This document shows positions 37,368 to 39,935 of a stretch of 39,935 nucleotides of DNA, piece by piece. The first letter of the stretch is position 1. Each line of letters begins with the position of its first letter. The notes beneath the pieces are model-generated. The model saw only the letters and a list, made by a program, of their open reading frames with translations. It had not been told where the DNA came from and made no database searches. The DNA is from a virus. Made by a program: the position numbers and the translations under genes. The stretch is taken from UHGV virus genome UHGV-0040432. One strand, given 5' to 3'.

Positions 37368-37919
37368 ATGCTGATAGGCTATGTACGGGTGTCAACAAAT
37401 GACCAGAACACAGCATTGCAGAGAAACGCGCTTGAGTGTGCAGGATGTGAGCTGATATTCGAAGACAAGATAAGTGGAAAAACGTCAGACCGACCAGGCT
37501 TAAAAAAGGTGCTCAGAACATTATCAGAAGGTGACACGCTGGTGGTCTGGAAGCTGGATCGTCTCGGTCGTAGTATGCGGCATCTTGTCGTGTTGGTCGA
37601 AGAAATGAGGGAACGCGGCATAAACTTCCGTAGCCTGACCGACAGTATAGATACCTCCACACCGATGGGACGCTTTTTCTTTCATGTCATGGGAGCGCTT
37701 GCGGAGATGGAGAGAGAGCTTATTGTTGAGCGAACACGGGCTGGTTTAGCAGTTGCGCGCGAAGATGGTCGGATCGGCGGCAGACGGCCAAAGTTAACTG
37801 CTGAAGAGTGGGCTCAGGCTGGAAGGTTGATTGCTGCTGGAGAGTCACGAAAACGTGTGGCTATAATTTATGATGTAGGGGTGTCAACGCTATACAAAAA
37901 ATTTCCTGCGCGGTGTTGA
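37368..37919 (+). CDS. Serine recombinase, DNA invertase (Hin/Gin/Cin/Pin family)
   Basis: N-terminal MLIGYVRVSTNDQ with catalytic Ser; C-terminal HTH; GAAGGG Shine-Dalgarno 8 nt upstream. Confidence 0.85.
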   Translation: MLIGYVRVSTNDQNTALQRNALECAGCELIFEDKISGKTSDRPGLKKVLRTLSEGDTLVVWKLDRLGRSMRHLVVLVEEMRERGINFRSLTDSIDTSTPMGRFFFHVMGALAEMERELIVERTRAGLAVAREDGRIGGRRPKLTAEEWAQAGRLIAAGESRKRVAIIYDVGVSTLYKKFPARC

Positions 37920-38047
37920 GAAGATGCCACCGCGTCGTCGTATGCAAGAACGGGCGGCGGCGGACTGGCGAACGTTCGATAGTGCGAGTATTGAATGATT
38001 GCCAGTCACGGCGGATTGTACTTAAGCGATATGATGGTTCAAGGCGT

Positions 38048-38290
38048 TTAATCTGAAACCAGCCACATATCAGCCTCTTCAAACATTTCCTGAACAGTAC
38101 GGCTTATCTGTTCCTTCTCATGCTTGCTGGCGTCAGTGTTGATCGCCGGCAGTGTCATCATCGGTTTAACCCGAACATCAGCATCGGGGAAGATCCGGTG
38201 AACCCTCTTACTCAATTCGCCCAGAATGATATCTTTTGCACCAGGCAGACCATCAAAATTCCTTTTGTCATAAACGAGTTCCACGAACAT
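38048..38290 (-). CDS. dinI: DinI-like protein (DinI/MsgA family)
   Basis: 80 aa; pattern LxGELSKRxHRxFPDADVRVKP ... QEMFEEADMWLVSD matches DinI as recalled. Confidence 0.7.
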   Translation of the reverse strand: MFVELVYDKRNFDGLPGAKDIILGELSKRVHRIFPDADVRVKPMMTLPAINTDASKHEKEQISRTVQEMFEEADMWLVSD

Positions 38291-38305
38291 TGCTTATTGC
38301 TCCTT

Positions 38306-38325
38306 TACTGGATGGATATACAGTA
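38306..38325. promoter_or_regulatory. LexA (SOS) box between divergent dinI-like and umuD'-like genes
   Basis: TACTGGATGGATATACAGTA, i.e. CTGG-N8-ACAG, one mismatch from the CTGT-N8-ACAG core. Confidence 0.65.
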
Positions 38326-38368
38326 TTTATACTGTGTTTTTATCCGGTATTCAAGAGAGGGCGTAAAC

Positions 38369-38758
38369 ATGGGCTTTCCTTCACCTGCGGCAGATTATGT
38401 TGAAACACGAATCTCCCTCGATCAGCAGTTAATCAGCCAGCCTGCAGCGACTTATTTCATGCGGGCATCGCGTTCACATTTCAGGGAAGGGATAATCCAG
38501 GGAGCGTTGCTTGTTGTGGATGCGTCACTTACTGCCTGCGATGGTTCACTGCTGATATGTGCAATCGACGGGGAATTCAGGATCAAGCGATACCGAACTC
38601 ACCCTCAGCCCCACCTGATAAATCTGGAGAACGGGAGAAGGGAAGCGCTGCCAGTAGATGATGACGCTTACAGTTCTGCACCCGCTATATTCGGGGTGAT
38701 CACGTACATCATTAATGATGCTAGGAATGGAGAGTTCGACGATTGCCCAGTTATGTAA
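38369..38758 (+). CDS. UmuD'-like protein (S24 family; P1 HumD-type, lacking the N-terminal cleavable tail)
   Basis: Starts M-GFPSPAADYVE, aligning with the residue that follows the UmuD self-cleavage site; GEFRIKR retains the Lys region; strong SD upstream. No umuC-like gene follows. Confidence 0.65.
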   Translation: MGFPSPAADYVETRISLDQQLISQPAATYFMRASRSHFREGIIQGALLVVDASLTACDGSLLICAIDGEFRIKRYRTHPQPHLINLENGRREALPVDDDAYSSAPAIFGVITYIINDARNGEFDDCPVM

Positions 38759-38760
38759 TG

Positions 38761-38791
38761 AAAAAAAAGCCCGTTTATACGGGCTTTCGTT
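38761..38791. terminator. Bidirectional intrinsic terminator between the umuD'-like gene and the integrase gene
   Basis: A8 run, AAGCCCG-tttata-CGGGCTT hairpin, T-rich tail. Confidence 0.7.
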
Positions 38792-39885
38792 TAGTCATTT
38801 TTTCTGGACTTTTGCAATTGTTCAAGCCTTACATGAAGTGATTTAGGGAATAGCTCTGTGTAAACTTGCCACAGTACATTCAGCGACCTGTGGCCAGTAA
38901 CTTGGGCCACTTCCTCTATACTGAATCCAGCTTCAAAAAGTCTGCTTGCGCCTTCCCTTCTAAGGTCATGATATCTTAGATCCTCAATTCCAAGAGCACT
39001 TCTTACCCTTTGGAATCCTGCCGTTACGGAACTGCTTATATAAGGGAATATTAGCTCTGACTTACGCGGCTGGCGCTGGACAATATCCCAGGCTTCTCCG
39101 AGTAAAGCTACATTCATGTGGTTCCCTTCTTTTTTACGTGGATCCTTCCTATCTCTCACCAGCACTGATTTTTGTTTTTCATCGATATCATCCCATCGCA
39201 GACGACAAACCTCGCCAATGCGCATGCACGATAAAACCGAAAACATCAGAATATCGACGAATGGGATTTTTGATCCCCGCCTTTGTGAACGTTGCTTCAG
39301 GCCTTCGATCAGCATGTCTAATTCTTCAGATGCTGGTCGACGACTACGGCGATTTGATTTTCCAATTAGCCCCAATTTAAGGAGATGAGGTCGCGCCTCT
39401 TTTGCTGGATTGCTAGTATAGTTAATGCCATACACTGGCTTTGCACAATCAAGCACGCTTCCAAGATAGCTGACGTCATGGCTTACGGTCGCTGGCCCGG
39501 CTCCTGCATTATTTCGCAATCGACAGTGCTCTATTACGTCATTTGCGGTTAATGACAACAGGGGGATAGCTGCAATGTCGCAGTCAACGAGCATATTAAG
39601 AACATAGCTTTTTGTTCGCCCCGCTTTGCCACCAGCGTTTGGATCATTGATATATTTTTGCAACAAATCACGGACTGTTATTCCGGTAGCATCATCAGAT
39701 GATGGGAGACCATAAAGATCCAGTTCCATAACCCTCTGGGCTCCCCATGTTTTAGCATGCGCCTGTTTTGGGAAGGTTTTACTTTCTCTGAATGTGATAA
39801 CGCCTTTTTCCTTAATTAACACAGTACAACGGTAGCGTGGAGTGCCATCAGATTTTAGTCGTTTCTCTATGTTATAGTATGCCAT
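38791..39885 (-). CDS. int: Tyrosine recombinase, phage integrase
   Basis: 364 aa; C-terminal catalytic region with HDLRR motif and downstream Tyr (LWQVYTE); N-terminal SAM-like domain. Confidence 0.85.
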   Translation of the reverse strand: MAYYNIEKRLKSDGTPRYRCTVLIKEKGVITFRESKTFPKQAHAKTWGAQRVMELDLYGLPSSDDATGITVRDLLQKYINDPNAGGKAGRTKSYVLNMLVDCDIAAIPLLSLTANDVIEHCRLRNNAGAGPATVSHDVSYLGSVLDCAKPVYGINYTSNPAKEARPHLLKLGLIGKSNRRSRRPASEELDMLIEGLKQRSQRRGSKIPFVDILMFSVLSCMRIGEVCRLRWDDIDEKQKSVLVRDRKDPRKKEGNHMNVALLGEAWDIVQRQPRKSELIFPYISSSVTAGFQRVRSALGIEDLRYHDLRREGASRLFEAGFSIEEVAQVTGHRSLNVLWQVYTELFPKSLHVRLEQLQKSRKND

Positions 39886-39935
39886 TACTCTGTCTCGTCA
39901 TTTCAGGTTCCCATACGTATGGGGGCCTGAGTGGG

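Larger units (their letters stand above)
1..39935. mobile_element. Temperate phage / prophage with lambdoid regulation, lambda-like head and P2-like contractile tail; boundaries outside window
   Basis: Continuous phage gene order: integrase, cI/cro with operators, replication, nin-like genes, Q-like gene plus terminator, lysis, terminase, portal, capsid, sheath/tube/baseplate/fibre, invertase. No att sites or host genes recognised. Confidence 0.85.

Noticed and set aside
37861-38082. Minus-strand 73-aa ORF overlapping the invertase 3' end
   Set aside because: Overlaps the well-supported invertase gene and has no start signals.
38326-38345. Possible second LexA half-site (TACTGTGTTTTTAT) next to the SOS box
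   Set aside because: Has CTGT but no matching ACAG half at N8 spacing.

Overview
The window is essentially one temperate-phage genome (prophage) of enterobacterial type; its ends and att sites are not visible. All calls are from reading the sequence and ORF track and recalling motifs from memory, with no database search. Layout, left to right: a leftward early operon (PrtN-like regulator, DEDDh exonuclease, small hypothetical proteins, HD-domain hydrolase, YfdQ/YfdP-like proteins); a lambda-like immunity region (PL/OL, terminator, cI-like S24 repressor, OR/PR, cro, CII-like); a replication initiator with internal iterons; a nin-like region with two DNA methyltransferases, RusA, Rha and an HNH-like protein; a putative Q antiterminator with a downstream terminator; a third methyltransferase; a lysis cassette (two holin-like proteins, GH19 endolysin, Rz with embedded Rz1); a lipoprotein moron; a cos-like region; lambda-like packaging and head genes (Nu1, TerL, gpW, portal, ClpP protease-capsid fusion, decoration protein); a P2-like contractile tail (gpV, sheath, tube, chaperone, tape measure, U, X, D, W, J, I, tail fibre, Tfa); a Hin/Gin-family DNA invertase; a divergent dinI-like/umuD'-like pair sharing a LexA box; and a tyrosine integrase. 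The most unusual feature is a roughly 0.87 kb stretch with no credible ORF on either strand, lying between the predicted PL promoter and the first early-left gene, which may be a large structured RNA or another undescribed element.
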